Positions 47,438 through 57,519 of a DNA stretch of 64,000 nt are shown here, in pieces. Position 1 is the stretch's first letter, and each line of letters opens with the position of its first letter. A program made the position numbers and the translations under genes. The notes beneath the pieces are model-generated. The model saw only the letters and a list, made by a program, of their open reading frames with translations. It ran no database searches and was not told the origin of the DNA. Location: contig CAVUKA010000003.1 in NCBI GenBank assembly GCA_963741945.1, positions 32,001 through 96,000 of the forward strand, given 5' to 3'. The stretch is from an uncultured Gemmatimonadales bacterium (lineage in GTDB: Bacteria; Gemmatimonadota; Gemmatimonadetes; Longimicrobiales; RSA9).

Positions 47438-48877
47438 TCAGAGGATGGGAGTGGTGAGCCGCGCCACGTTGTCCCCGAATGTGCGAATGAACCCGCGGCG
47501 GGCCCAGGCCTCGGCGCGCACCCGCTCGGCGCCCTCCATGTACTCCTCCTGGAGGTAGTGGAGCCGGGAAGCGAAGTCGGTATCGAAGACCAGGAGCGCC
47601 AGCTCGAAGTTCAGCGAGAAGCTGCGGACATCGAGGTTGGCGGAGCCGAGGATGGCGAACTCCCGGTCGAGCGTGAGCGTCTTGGCATGGAGGAGCGCGC
47701 CCGGGTACTCGAGGATCCGGACGCCGGCTTCGAGGAGGTATCCGTAGTGCGAGCGGCCGGCGGCCTGGGTCAGCCTGCTGTCTCCGCGATGCGGGAGCAC
47801 GAGCACCACTTCCACGCCGCGCAGCGCGGCCGTGCGCATGGCGGCCAGGAGCGCGTCATCGGGGACGAAGTACGGGGTGGTGAGGACCACGCGCTCGCGC
47901 GCGAGCTGGAGTGTCTGGACGATCACGTCCAGGAGCGGCGCGCGCCGGTCCTTCGTGGGCGCGGTCGGGAGCAGCGATGCGGTGATGCCGGGGTCCGCCG
48001 GGTCGACGGGCGGGAAGTAGGCCTCGTCGTCGGGGACCGGGCCGGCGTTGAACGCCCAGTCGTCGAGGAACGTCTCCTGGATGTCGTACACCACAGGCCC
48101 CTCCACGCGCACGGAGATGTCCATCCACTCGCCGAACGCTTCCTTCCCGCGGTAGACCGGGTCGGTGAGGTTGTGGCTCCCCATGTATCCTACCCGCCCA
48201 TCGATCACGGCCAGCTTGCGGTGGTTCCGGAGGTCGATGCGGGCGACCATGGCGCGCAGCGCGTTCACGGGCAGCGCCGGGCACACCTCCACCCCGGCGT
48301 CGCGAAGCCGCCGACAGGTGGCTCCCCGCAGGAAGTGACGCGACCCGCTGGCGTCCAGCAGCAGCCGGCACCGGACGCCACGTCTGGCCGCGGCCGCCAG
48401 CGCATCCGTCACCGCGCGCGTGATCGGATCGTCGTCCGAGTCGTCGGCGATGTAGAAGACCAGGTGACAGTGGTGCCCGGCCGCATTGATGTCGTCCACC
48501 ATCCGGCCGAACAGCACCGACGGCTCGTTGACCGGCTCCATCCGGTTCCCCGGCCGCGGGTCGCGCGCCCCGACGGCGCCCGCAAGGCGGCTGATGGTCC
48601 GGTACGGCTCGGACAGGTCCGGCGTGCCCAGGCGCTGGAACTGGCGACGCAGCTCGGGCGATCGCCGCACGGCGTCCATCAGGCTCTGGTACTGCCGGGA
48701 CCGCCGGTGCCCCAGCCGGATCTCGCCGAACATGAGGTAGAGGGCGGCACCGGCAAAGGGGAGGAACGCCACCACGACCAGCCACCCGAGGGCGGCGGCC
48801 ACGGAGCGCTTGCGGGTGATGATCACGAGGAACATCACCAGTCGCACCGCCCATTCGGCAATGAAGACCCATCGCAT
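47438..48877 (-). CDS. cls: Cardiolipin synthase
   Basis: N-terminal TM pair; two HKD motifs, NHRKLAVID and LHAKTLTLD; TTPYFVPD; GSANLDVRS. Confidence 0.93.
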   Translation of the reverse strand: MRWVFIAEWAVRLVMFLVIITRKRSVAAALGWLVVVAFLPFAGAALYLMFGEIRLGHRRSRQYQSLMDAVRRSPELRRQFQRLGTPDLSEPYRTISRLAGAVGARDPRPGNRMEPVNEPSVLFGRMVDDINAAGHHCHLVFYIADDSDDDPITRAVTDALAAAARRGVRCRLLLDASGSRHFLRGATCRRLRDAGVEVCPALPVNALRAMVARIDLRNHRKLAVIDGRVGYMGSHNLTDPVYRGKEAFGEWMDISVRVEGPVVYDIQETFLDDWAFNAGPVPDDEAYFPPVDPADPGITASLLPTAPTKDRRAPLLDVIVQTLQLARERVVLTTPYFVPDDALLAAMRTAALRGVEVVLVLPHRGDSRLTQAAGRSHYGYLLEAGVRILEYPGALLHAKTLTLDREFAILGSANLDVRSFSLNFELALLVFDTDFASRLHYLQEEYMEGAERVRAEAWARRGFIRTFGDNVARLTTPIL

Positions 48878-48996
48878 GGCAGGACAGCTTATCGCGCGCG
48901 GCCGCCGCGATCAACGCGGGGGGAAGCTGCGAAGGCCGGCCCGAGGCGCGGCCGGCTGAGTGCGCGGGCGTCGCCAGCCGCCACACTCCGACGGCG

Positions 48997-49204
48997 TGAC
49001 ACGAAGGGGTCGAAGGGTCGAAGGGCTCGAAGAAGAACTTGAATGGCTGCGCGGGTATGGACGCTTGATCGCACGGCAGCAGCGGGGGCCAATCGACATG
49101 AGGTACCCGGCGCCCGCCTGCGCCGCCCCGACAGCCTCGCTTCGTGTGCTTCGACCCTTCGAGCTCTTCGTGTCAAGCCGTTGCAGTTCCCGTTCCCGTT
49201 CCCG
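48997..49204. repeat. REP/MITE-like element with about 35-bp imperfect inverted repeats
   Basis: TGACACGAAGGGGTCGAAGGGTCGAAG (from 48997) versus the reverse complement of 49141-49175 (TGACACGAAGAGCTCGAAGGGTCGAAG); GTTCCC hexamers follow. Confidence 0.7.
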
Positions 49205-50945
49205 CGACCGCGATGACCGCGCTCGCCCCCGGAACCCGGACCCGCCCCCGATCCAGCTTCGCCCCCTCCCCACTGGCGAGCGCGATGCTCCAGGCGGCGG
49301 ATGGCAGAACGACCGCGGCAGCTTCCTGGCCGAAGTTGCACGCCACGAGTACGTCTCCCCTCCGCACGACCAGCGTGCGGGCGTCCTCATCGGCGCTGGC
49401 GTCCACCGCGTCCACGGCCCCCGCGCCCAGCTCCGGCCGGCGTCGCCGGAGCGCGATCAGCGCCCGGTACCAGGCCTCCATGGAGGCGTGTGGCTCCGCC
49501 TCCCGCTCCGACCAGCGCAGTTTCGAGCGCTCGAACGTGGCGGGGTCCTGCGGGTCCGGCACCGCCTCGGGGTCCCAGCCGAACGCCGCGAACTCACCGC
49601 GCCGCCCCTCGCGCACCGCGCGCCCGAGCTCCGGGTCCGGGTGGTCGGTGAAGTACTGGAACGGCGATGACGCGGCCCATTCCTCCCCCTGGAACAGCAT
49701 GGGCACGAACGGCGAGGTGAGCACGAGCGCGGCCGCCACCTTCTGCAGCTCCAGCCCCGCCAGCGCGGCAATGCGATCACCCACCGCCCGGTTCCCCACC
49801 TGGTCGTGCGTCTGGATGTAGCCGAGGAAGCGGGAGCCCGGGATCCCGGCGGCGGCCCGGCCGTGGCGCTTCCCGCGGTATGCCGAGTAGCGGCCGGCGT
49901 ACACGTAGGCGTGGCGGAGCGCCCGGACGATGTCGGCGAGCGCGCCGAAGTCGCCGTAATAGCCCGCGGTCTCCCCCGTGAGCGCCGCGTGGAGGGCGTG
50001 GTGGAAGTCGTCGCTCCACTGCGCGTCCAGCCCGTAACCGCCCACCGCGCGCTCGCGCACCAGGCGGGGGTCGTTCAGGTCGCTCTCGGCGATCAGCCAG
50101 AGCGGCCGCCCCAGCTCCGCTTCCAGCGCACGGGTTTCGGCCGCCAGCTCCTCGAGGATGTGCACCGCGGACGTGTCCACGATGGCGTGCACCGCGTCCA
50201 GCCGCAGTCCGTCGATCCGGTAGTCACGGAGCCACATGCGCGCGTTGTCCAGGAAGAAGCGGCGCACTTCGTCGCTCCCCCAGCCATCCAGGTTCGGCGC
50301 GTCGCCCCACGGCGTCTGGTAGCGATCGGTGAAGTACGGGCCGAACTCCGCCAGGTAGTTCCCGCTCGGCCCCAGGTGGTTGTAGACCACGTCCAGGATC
50401 ACGCCCAGACCGAGGCCATGGCACGCGGCCACGAACCGCTTCAAGGCGGCCGGGCCACCGTACGCCTCGTGGACGGCGAAGAGGTCCACGCCGTCGTACC
50501 CCCAGCCGTGGCGCCCGGGGAACGCATTCACCGGCATGAGCGACACCGCGTCCACCCCCAGCGCCACCAGGTGATCCAGCCGCTCGATCGCCGAGTCCAG
50601 CGTGCCCTCGGGCGTGAACGTCCCCGGGTGCAGCTCGTACAGCACGGAGCGCGGCAGATCCAGCCCTTGCCAGGCGACGTCGGGCCACTCGAACCCGTGG
50701 CCCACCACCCGGCTCGGGCCATGCACCCCCGCCGGCTGCCAGCGCGAGCGCGGGTCGGGTCGCGGCTCACCGCCATCCAGGGAGAACGCGTAGTCGGTGC
50801 CCGGCCCCGCGTCCGGCACCTCCAGGTGCCACCACCCCCCGAAACCGGAACGGCGGCCCGCGCCGCGAAGCATCGGCCGCCGGTCGTCGCCGAGAACGAG
50901 GTCCACGCGCTCCGCGGCCGGTGCCCAGACTTCGAACAGGCTCAC
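49173..50945 (-). CDS. treZ: Malto-oligosyltrehalose trehalohydrolase
   Basis: FEVWAP, WGYDGV, DVVYNHLGPSGNYL, GLRLDAVHAI, WSDDFHHA, HDQVGNR; GTGA overlap with treY. Confidence 0.95.
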   Translation of the reverse strand: MSLFEVWAPAAERVDLVLGDDRRPMLRGAGRRSGFGGWWHLEVPDAGPGTDYAFSLDGGEPRPDPRSRWQPAGVHGPSRVVGHGFEWPDVAWQGLDLPRSVLYELHPGTFTPEGTLDSAIERLDHLVALGVDAVSLMPVNAFPGRHGWGYDGVDLFAVHEAYGGPAALKRFVAACHGLGLGVILDVVYNHLGPSGNYLAEFGPYFTDRYQTPWGDAPNLDGWGSDEVRRFFLDNARMWLRDYRIDGLRLDAVHAIVDTSAVHILEELAAETRALEAELGRPLWLIAESDLNDPRLVRERAVGGYGLDAQWSDDFHHALHAALTGETAGYYGDFGALADIVRALRHAYVYAGRYSAYRGKRHGRAAAGIPGSRFLGYIQTHDQVGNRAVGDRIAALAGLELQKVAAALVLTSPFVPMLFQGEEWAASSPFQYFTDHPDPELGRAVREGRRGEFAAFGWDPEAVPDPQDPATFERSKLRWSEREAEPHASMEAWYRALIALRRRRPELGAGAVDAVDASADEDARTLVVRRGDVLVACNFGQEAAAVVLPSAAWSIALASGEGAKLDRGRVRVPGASAVIAVAGTGTGTATA

Positions 50946-53608
50946 CCGCCCTCCCGCTCCAGCAGCGCCACGGGGAAGCGGCCCAGGAGTGAGCGGACGG
51001 GCGCCTCGCCGCCCTGGACTCGCTCGCCGGTGAACGCGTCCACCCACGACCCCTCCGGCAGGACCACCGTGGTGCCGCGCCATCCGCCCAGGGCGGCGAG
51101 CCCCACGGGGAGCCGGGGCACCACGGCGGCGAAGCGACCGCCCCGCACAAAGCCGAGCACGTGCCGCGATGCCGTCCCATCCGCCTCCAGCGGCTCGTAC
51201 GACGCTCCCGTGCCGAGCGCGGCGCCCCCACGCCGCCTCGCCTGCAGCGCCTCGTGGACCACGCGCAGCTTGGGGCCGCCGCGGTCGAGATGGCGGAGCA
51301 CCTCCCGCGGCGACGCGTCCCTGACCTCCTGCAGGAGGGCGCGCCGGGCCTCGAAGTCCACGGGACGACGGTTATCGGGGTCCACGAGGCTGAGGTCCCA
51401 CAGCTCCGAGCCCTGGTACACGTCGGGTATGCCGGGTGATGTGAGCTGCACGAGCGTCTGCGCCAGCGAGTTGACGCGGCCGGGGCCGGCAATTCGGGCG
51501 GCGAAGCCGTCGATCTCCTTCGACAGCGGACCGGCCAGCGCAGCGTCCACGAACGAGCCGAGCGCGGCCTCGAAACTGTCGTCAGGGTCGGTCCACGACG
51601 TCCGCACCTTCGCCTCCCGGGCCGCTTTCTCCATGTACGGCCGCAGCCGGTCCGGGCCGATCGGCCACGCGCCCACGGCGGTCTGGAGGAGCAGGTACGT
51701 CAGTCCGGGGTCCGGCTCGAGGCCGGACGGCCACGCGGCCGTGGCCGCGCCCCACCAGCGTTGCACCGCTTCCGCCCACCGGGCGGGCATCTCCGCGAGC
51801 ACGAGCAGCCTGGCCCGGACGTCGGCCGAGCGCTTCGTGTCGTGCGTGGACAGGGTGGTCATGGTGCGGGGCCACGCTTCCGCCCGGAGCCCGGCCCGGG
51901 TGTGGAACGCCGCCACCGGGAGCCCCCACCGCCCGGGGTCCAGCCCCACGTCGTTCAGGGCGACGAACCGGTTGTAGCGGTAGAACGCCGTGTCCTCCTC
52001 GCCTTTCGCCGCCACCGCGCCGGTCAGCTGCTGGAACCGCACGCGCAGGCCACCCGCCGCCGGCGCCGTCTCCTCACCGAGGAGTATGCGACGCAGGAAC
52101 GCCAGCAGCTCGCCATCCACGTCCGGCCGCCTCGCTTCCGCATCCGCCACCGCCCGCTCGATCACGGACCGATCCGCACCGTCCGCCCGCCCGTTCTCGG
52201 AGACGTAGCTGCGGTATACCGGGAAATTCGCCGCCACTTCGGCCAGCGCGTCCCGCAACGCCCGGCGGGTGAAGTCGCGGTACCGGCGCCGGTCCTCGCA
52301 GAGCCCGACGAAGAGGTTGGCCAGGCGGTTCAGGTCGGCGCCCAGCAGGTCGCTCAGGATTTCCGTCCTCGCCTCGTACGCCACCTCGCCGTAGCTCCGA
52401 CCATCCCCCGACACCGCCTGCCAGAGCTCCGTCAGCGGCGCCTCACCGCCCGGCTCCAGGAACACGCCCGTGATGTCCGCCAGCACTTCGTATCCCGTGC
52501 TGCCATCCAGCGCCCACGGGCGGAGCGCTTCGTCGGGCATCAGGACCTTCTCCGCCACGATCCACGCGTCCGGCGCTTCCGCCCGCAGCCGCTGGAAATA
52601 GTGTGCGGGGTCGCGGAGCCCGTCCGGGTGATCCACACGCAGCCCGTCCAGCCCGCCCTGCCGGACCAGCGACAGCACGCGACCGTGCACCGCCGCGAAC
52701 ACCCGCGGGTCCTCCGTCCGCAGCGCGGCCAGGGAGTTGATGTCGAAGAAGCGGCGATAGTCCAGCTCCTGGCGCGCCGTGCGCCAGTACGCCAGCCGGT
52801 AGTTCTGGTGGTCCAGCAACGCGTCGAGCGCGTCCGGCGACGCGTTCAGCGCCACCAGCTCGGCATCCAGCGCACCCGCCACCGCCCCGTCCTCCGCCAG
52901 CGAGGCCAGTCGGGCGTCCACCACGGCCACGTCACGCTGCCTCGCTTCGAGCGCGTCGTCCTCCGTGGTCCCCGGCTCCGGCAGCCTGGCCAGGACGCTC
53001 GCGAGGAACCCGAGCTCCCGGGACAGGTCGCCGTGCTCCCGCGCCAGACGCTCCGCCGCCGGCCGCAGGACCCGCGTCAGCGACCGCGGCGAGAGCGGCA
53101 GGGCGTGCTCGTGGTAGCGCACCGTGAGCTCGCCCCCGTCCCGCACCACCCGGATCTTCCCGCCCTCCAGCTCCCGGCCATAGTGGTCGCCGAGCACCGG
53201 CATGAGCACCTGGTCCCTCAGCTTCGGCTCCGGAGGGTCCCAGTCCACGTCGAAGAACGGGGCGAACCGGCTCCCCGGCCCGTTGCGCAGCACGTCCCAC
53301 CACCACGCGTTCTGCCGCCCCGCCGCGGCCATGTGGTTCGGGACGATGTCCACGATGTGGCCCATGCCCGCCCGGCCCAGGGCTTCCAGCAGCCGCGCGT
53401 GGCCCGCCTCCCCACCCAGCGCCTCGCTCACCCGCGTCGGATCCACCACGTCATAGCCGTGCGTGCTCCCCACGGCCGCCTGCAGGTACGGCGACGCGTA
53501 CAGGTGCGAAACCCCGAGCGCGGAGAGGTAGTCCACCACCCCCGCGGCCGCGTCGAAATCGAAGTCGGGGCGGAGCTGGATACGATACGTTGCGCGTGGA
53601 TCCGGCAT
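50942..53608 (-). CDS. treY: Malto-oligosyltrehalose synthase
   Basis: ATYRIQL, GSTHGYDVVD, DIVPNHM, YRRFFDIN, GLRVDHPDGL, STHDTKRS, SLVDPDNRRPVDF. Confidence 0.95.
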   Translation of the reverse strand: MPDPRATYRIQLRPDFDFDAAAGVVDYLSALGVSHLYASPYLQAAVGSTHGYDVVDPTRVSEALGGEAGHARLLEALGRAGMGHIVDIVPNHMAAAGRQNAWWWDVLRNGPGSRFAPFFDVDWDPPEPKLRDQVLMPVLGDHYGRELEGGKIRVVRDGGELTVRYHEHALPLSPRSLTRVLRPAAERLAREHGDLSRELGFLASVLARLPEPGTTEDDALEARQRDVAVVDARLASLAEDGAVAGALDAELVALNASPDALDALLDHQNYRLAYWRTARQELDYRRFFDINSLAALRTEDPRVFAAVHGRVLSLVRQGGLDGLRVDHPDGLRDPAHYFQRLRAEAPDAWIVAEKVLMPDEALRPWALDGSTGYEVLADITGVFLEPGGEAPLTELWQAVSGDGRSYGEVAYEARTEILSDLLGADLNRLANLFVGLCEDRRRYRDFTRRALRDALAEVAANFPVYRSYVSENGRADGADRSVIERAVADAEARRPDVDGELLAFLRRILLGEETAPAAGGLRVRFQQLTGAVAAKGEEDTAFYRYNRFVALNDVGLDPGRWGLPVAAFHTRAGLRAEAWPRTMTTLSTHDTKRSADVRARLLVLAEMPARWAEAVQRWWGAATAAWPSGLEPDPGLTYLLLQTAVGAWPIGPDRLRPYMEKAAREAKVRTSWTDPDDSFEAALGSFVDAALAGPLSKEIDGFAARIAGPGRVNSLAQTLVQLTSPGIPDVYQGSELWDLSLVDPDNRRPVDFEARRALLQEVRDASPREVLRHLDRGGPKLRVVHEALQARRRGGAALGTGASYEPLEADGTASRHVLGFVRGGRFAAVVPRLPVGLAALGGWRGTTVVLPEGSWVDAFTGERVQGGEAPVRSLLGRFPVALLEREGG

Positions 53609-53784
53609 CGGCGGCCCCTCACCGCAGGAAGCGTACTACCGGGCGGAGACGCGAAGAACGCCCGGTCTCACGCGAAGGAGCGAAGAGCGCGGGGGGGGCG
53701 GCTGTGAGGGCGTGGATCGCGGGCGGGACGTCGGCCGTTTGCCGGGAGCTTCTTCTCCCGGCGGCGTTCGCCCCGTCGCCTCTT

Positions 53785-54909
53785 CTACTCCGAGGAGGCC
53801 TGTTCCAGGATCTGCCGGAACTCCGCCAGCGGGACCGCGCCCTGCACCAGCTGGCCGTTGACGAAGAACGTGGGCGTGGCCGCGACCCCGGCGGCGGACG
53901 CGAGCTGCTCCACTCGGGCGAGAATGGTGCCGGGCCGGTTCGAGTGGTAGCACGACTCGAACGCCGCCCTGTCACCGTCGCTGGCTTCCAGGTAGCTGAG
54001 GAAGACCGGGAGAGGGTCGGCCGCCGCCCGCCACTCCGCCTGCCGCACGAACAGCTTCATGTGCACAGGCCAGAAGATGTCGTTCCCCTGCTCCGCCGCG
54101 CAGATCCCGGCCGCCGACGCTTCCTCCGCGTTCGGGAACTTCCCCAGGATGAACGGCAGGTGCACCCACCTCACCTTCCCCGTCTCCATGAACTCGCTGT
54201 AGAGACGCGGGAAGATCTCCGTCGAGAAGCGACGGCAGTACGTGCAGCCGTAGTCACTGAACTCCACCACCGACACCGGCGCAGCGTCCGAGCCGATCAC
54301 CTGCCCCACACCCTTCAGGTCCAGCCAGCTCGGCGCGCCCCGCCGAACCATCGCCACCTGTCCGGTCGGCTCCCGCCCCGCTTCCCGCAGGAGCGAGTCC
54401 ACCACCGCCACCAGCTCAGCCTGGTCGAACGCCCCCGTCACCGTGCGACGGATCCGACCCTTCGCGTCGATCAGGAACGACGTCGGCAGCGTCTCCACGT
54501 TCCCGTACGCCTGCGACGCCAGCCCCGTGGCCCGGGCCACCGGGTACGTGATTCCACGCTGCTCCAGGAACCACCGGATCTGGTCGTCGCTCAGCTGGTA
54601 GTCCGTGGACAGACCGAGGACCGTGAAGCCGTCATCCTTCCTCGCCTCGTACACCTGCTCGAATCCCGGCATCTCGAGCCGGCACGGCGGACACCACGTC
54701 GCCCAGAAATTCAGAAGCACCACCTGCCCCCGCATCTCCGACAGCGACACCAACCGACCATCCAACCGCTGCACGTTGATCTCCGGCGCCCGCTCCCCCG
54801 CCGGCGACAGCGACGGCAGCAGACGGTACGCCGCAACGGTCAGCACCGCCGCCCCCACCACCGTCACGGCGGCAATCCGGAGTGTTCTGGAACGGTCCAC
54901 CCGAGTCAT
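53785..54909 (-). CDS. Membrane-anchored TlpA/redoxin + DsbA-like thioredoxin fusion
   Basis: TM anchor; LLNFWATWCPPC...LPTSFLID, then VVEFSDYGCTYC...GVAATPTFFVNG. Confidence 0.85.
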   Translation of the reverse strand: MTRVDRSRTLRIAAVTVVGAAVLTVAAYRLLPSLSPAGERAPEINVQRLDGRLVSLSEMRGQVVLLNFWATWCPPCRLEMPGFEQVYEARKDDGFTVLGLSTDYQLSDDQIRWFLEQRGITYPVARATGLASQAYGNVETLPTSFLIDAKGRIRRTVTGAFDQAELVAVVDSLLREAGREPTGQVAMVRRGAPSWLDLKGVGQVIGSDAAPVSVVEFSDYGCTYCRRFSTEIFPRLYSEFMETGKVRWVHLPFILGKFPNAEEASAAGICAAEQGNDIFWPVHMKLFVRQAEWRAAADPLPVFLSYLEASDGDRAAFESCYHSNRPGTILARVEQLASAAGVAATPTFFVNGQLVQGAVPLAEFRQILEQASSE

Positions 54910-54993
54910 CTCCTCGCAGTATATGTCTGGTGACGAATATAGTCGATCACCACCGCCCGCGGTACCCGGTCGCCCCCACTCACCCGCGGCGCC

Positions 54994-56130
54994 TCAGCAG
55001 ATCCTCGGCAGCTGCTCGCCCGACAGCATCTCCACCACCCGCATGCCGCCGACGCGGCTGCGCATGAAGACCTTGCCGGGGTGTTCGGCGACGACGGTGC
55101 CGATGTGGGCGGCCTCCCTGCCGAGGGGGTGAGTGCGGAGGATTTCGAGTGCCTCGTCGGCGCGCTCCCGGGGGCAGAACACCACGAGCTTGCCCTCGTT
55201 GGCCACGTAGAGGGGGTCGAGCCCGAGGATCTCGCAGGCGGCGCGGACGTCCTCGTGGACGGGGATGGTGGCGTCGTCGAGCTGGATCCCGACGCCGGCG
55301 CTGCCCGCGATCTCGTTGACGGCGCTGGCCACACCGCCGCGCGTGGGGTCGCGCAGGACGTGGACGTCTTCACCGAGGCCGGTGAGGAGCGCCTGCACCA
55401 TGCCCCAGAGGCAGGCGGAATCGCTTTCGAGGGTGGTCTCGAACTCGAGCCCCTCGCGGACGCTCATGATGGCGATCCCGTGCGTGGCAATGCTACCGCT
55501 GACGAGGATGGCATCGCCCGGACGGGCGCGGGTCGGGGCGATGTCGATGCCCGCGGGGATGATGCCCACGCCGGACGTGTTGATGAACACGCCATCGCCC
55601 TTGCCGCGGTCCACGACCTTGGTGTCGCCGGTGACGATGGGGACGCCCGCGGCGGCCGCGGCCTGGCTCATGGAGACGGCGATGCGCCAGAGGTCCTCCA
55701 TGGGGAAGCCCTCCTCGAGGATGAATCCCGCGGAGAGTGCCATGGGTCGGGCGCCGCACATGGCCAGGTCGTTGACCGTGCCGTGGACGGCCAGGGAGCC
55801 GATGTCGCCGCCGGGGAAGAAGAGCGGGTCGATGACGAACGTGTCCGTGGAGAAGGCCACGCGCTCGCCGCCCACCTGGAGCACGGCGCCGTCGTGCAAC
55901 CGGGCCAGCGTGTCGTTGCCGAACGCGGCCAGGAAGACCTGCTCCGTGAGCATGCGTGAGAACTTCCCGCCACCGCCGTGGGCCAGCACCACGGTGGGAT
56001 ACTGTTCCAGCGGGAGCGGACAGCTCATGGCCGTGGGGTCGACGACGGCGCCAGCGCCGCCATCGCTGCGGGCCCGGTCGTCGCGGGCCTCGTCGAGCTT
56101 CGTCGCCCGCGAGTCGGGTGTGCTCGCCAT
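54994..56130 (-). CDS. hypE: Hydrogenase maturation protein HypE
   Basis: LAHGGGG, PLFFPGGDIG, VTGDTKVV, RDPTRGG, C-terminal LPRIC. Confidence 0.96.
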   Translation of the reverse strand: MASTPDSRATKLDEARDDRARSDGGAGAVVDPTAMSCPLPLEQYPTVVLAHGGGGKFSRMLTEQVFLAAFGNDTLARLHDGAVLQVGGERVAFSTDTFVIDPLFFPGGDIGSLAVHGTVNDLAMCGARPMALSAGFILEEGFPMEDLWRIAVSMSQAAAAAGVPIVTGDTKVVDRGKGDGVFINTSGVGIIPAGIDIAPTRARPGDAILVSGSIATHGIAIMSVREGLEFETTLESDSACLWGMVQALLTGLGEDVHVLRDPTRGGVASAVNEIAGSAGVGIQLDDATIPVHEDVRAACEILGLDPLYVANEGKLVVFCPRERADEALEILRTHPLGREAAHIGTVVAEHPGKVFMRSRVGGMRVVEMLSGEQLPRIC

Positions 56131-56132
56131 GC

Positions 56133-57248
56133 TCACGCTTCCCCGCCGGCCGGCGCCGGGTCGAGGCCGCGGCCGTAATGGTAATAGGCGGCGCACGCGC
56201 CTTCGGAGCTCACCATGGGCGCGCCGAGCGGATGCTCCGGTGTGCAGCGCGCCCCGAACGCGGGGCACTCGGGCGGCTTGCGGATCCCCTGGAGGATCAC
56301 GCCGGCGATGCAGTCGGGCGACTCCTCGGCGGAAATGGCGCCCACGCCGTACCGGCGCTCGGCGTCGAACGCGTGGAACGCGGGCCGCAGCGTGAGTCCG
56401 CTGGCGGGAATCGATCCGATGCCGCGCCACTTCCGGTCGGCGACCATGAACACGCGGCTCACCAGGTCCTGCGCGGCGCGGTTGCCCTCGCGGTTGACCG
56501 CGCGAGCGTACTGGTTCTCGACGCCCCAGCGGCCGTCCTCGAGCATCTCGACGGCCATGAGCGTGCCCTGGAGCAGGTCCGTGGGCTCGAAGCCGGTGAC
56601 GACAATGGGCACCCGGTACTTCTCCGCCAGCGGCTCGTACTCCCAGAACCCCATGACGGCGCACACGTGGCCGGCGGCGAGGAAGGCCTGAACGCGGTTC
56701 TCGTCCGCCGAGAGAATGGCTTCCATGGCGGGCGGCACGAGCACGTGGGAGACCAGCATGGAGAAGTTCTCCAGCCCCAGCTGGCTCGCGTAGTATACCG
56801 CGGCGGCGTTGGCGGGAGCGGTGGTCTCGAAGCCCACACCGAAGAAGACCACCTCGCGCTCCGGCTCCCGCTCGGCGAGGCGCGCGGCGTCGAGCGGGGA
56901 GTAGACGATGCGGACGTCCGCGCCGTCCGCCTTGGCCGAGAGCAGGTCCCCGGCGGAGCCGGGAACGCGCAGCATGTCACCGAAGGAAGTGAACGTGACC
57001 TCCGGGCGCCTCGCGATCTCGAGCGCACGGTCGATCATCTCGAGCGGTGTCACGCACACGGGGCACCCGGGCCCGTGCACCAGCGTGATCTCGGGCGGCA
57101 GCATGCGGTCGATGCCGAACTTCACGAACGTATGCGTCTGCCCGCCACAGATCTCCATGATGGACCACGGCTGCGTGACTCGCCGCTGCAGCGCGGCCAG
57201 CAGCTTCTTCGCGTCCGTCTCGTCCCGGTACTCATCGACGTATCGCAT
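56133..57248 (-). CDS. hypD: Hydrogenase maturation protein HypD
   Basis: [35 protein letters not shown]. Confidence 0.96.
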   Translation of the reverse strand: MRYVDEYRDETDAKKLLAALQRRVTQPWSIMEICGGQTHTFVKFGIDRMLPPEITLVHGPGCPVCVTPLEMIDRALEIARRPEVTFTSFGDMLRVPGSAGDLLSAKADGADVRIVYSPLDAARLAEREPEREVVFFGVGFETTAPANAAAVYYASQLGLENFSMLVSHVLVPPAMEAILSADENRVQAFLAAGHVCAVMGFWEYEPLAEKYRVPIVVTGFEPTDLLQGTLMAVEMLEDGRWGVENQYARAVNREGNRAAQDLVSRVFMVADRKWRGIGSIPASGLTLRPAFHAFDAERRYGVGAISAEESPDCIAGVILQGIRKPPECPAFGARCTPEHPLGAPMVSSEGACAAYYHYGRGLDPAPAGGEA

Positions 57249-57251
57249 GGC

Positions 57252-57509
57252 TCATGACGGCTGAGGGATGTCCAGCTCACCGAGGTCGTCCATTTCCCGC
57301 AGGTACTCCAGCGTGCGCTCCGCCTCCGCCTCGTCCACCACCGTGATGGCGAAGCCCACGTGCACTACGACGTAGTCGCCGAGCTTCACTTCCGGGACGT
57401 ACGCCAGGCACACGTCCTTCTTGATCCCGCCAAAGCTCACCCGCCCCATGGTCATGCCCAGCGGATTCTCATCGATGGACACGATCCTGCCCGGCACTCC
57501 GAGACACAT
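57252..57509 (-). CDS. hypC: Hydrogenase chaperone HypC
   Basis: MCLGVPG N-terminus; GDYVVVHVGFA. Confidence 0.95.
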   Translation of the reverse strand: MCLGVPGRIVSIDENPLGMTMGRVSFGGIKKDVCLAYVPEVKLGDYVVVHVGFAITVVDEAEAERTLEYLREMDDLGELDIPQPS

Positions 57510-57519
57510 CGGCTCCTCC

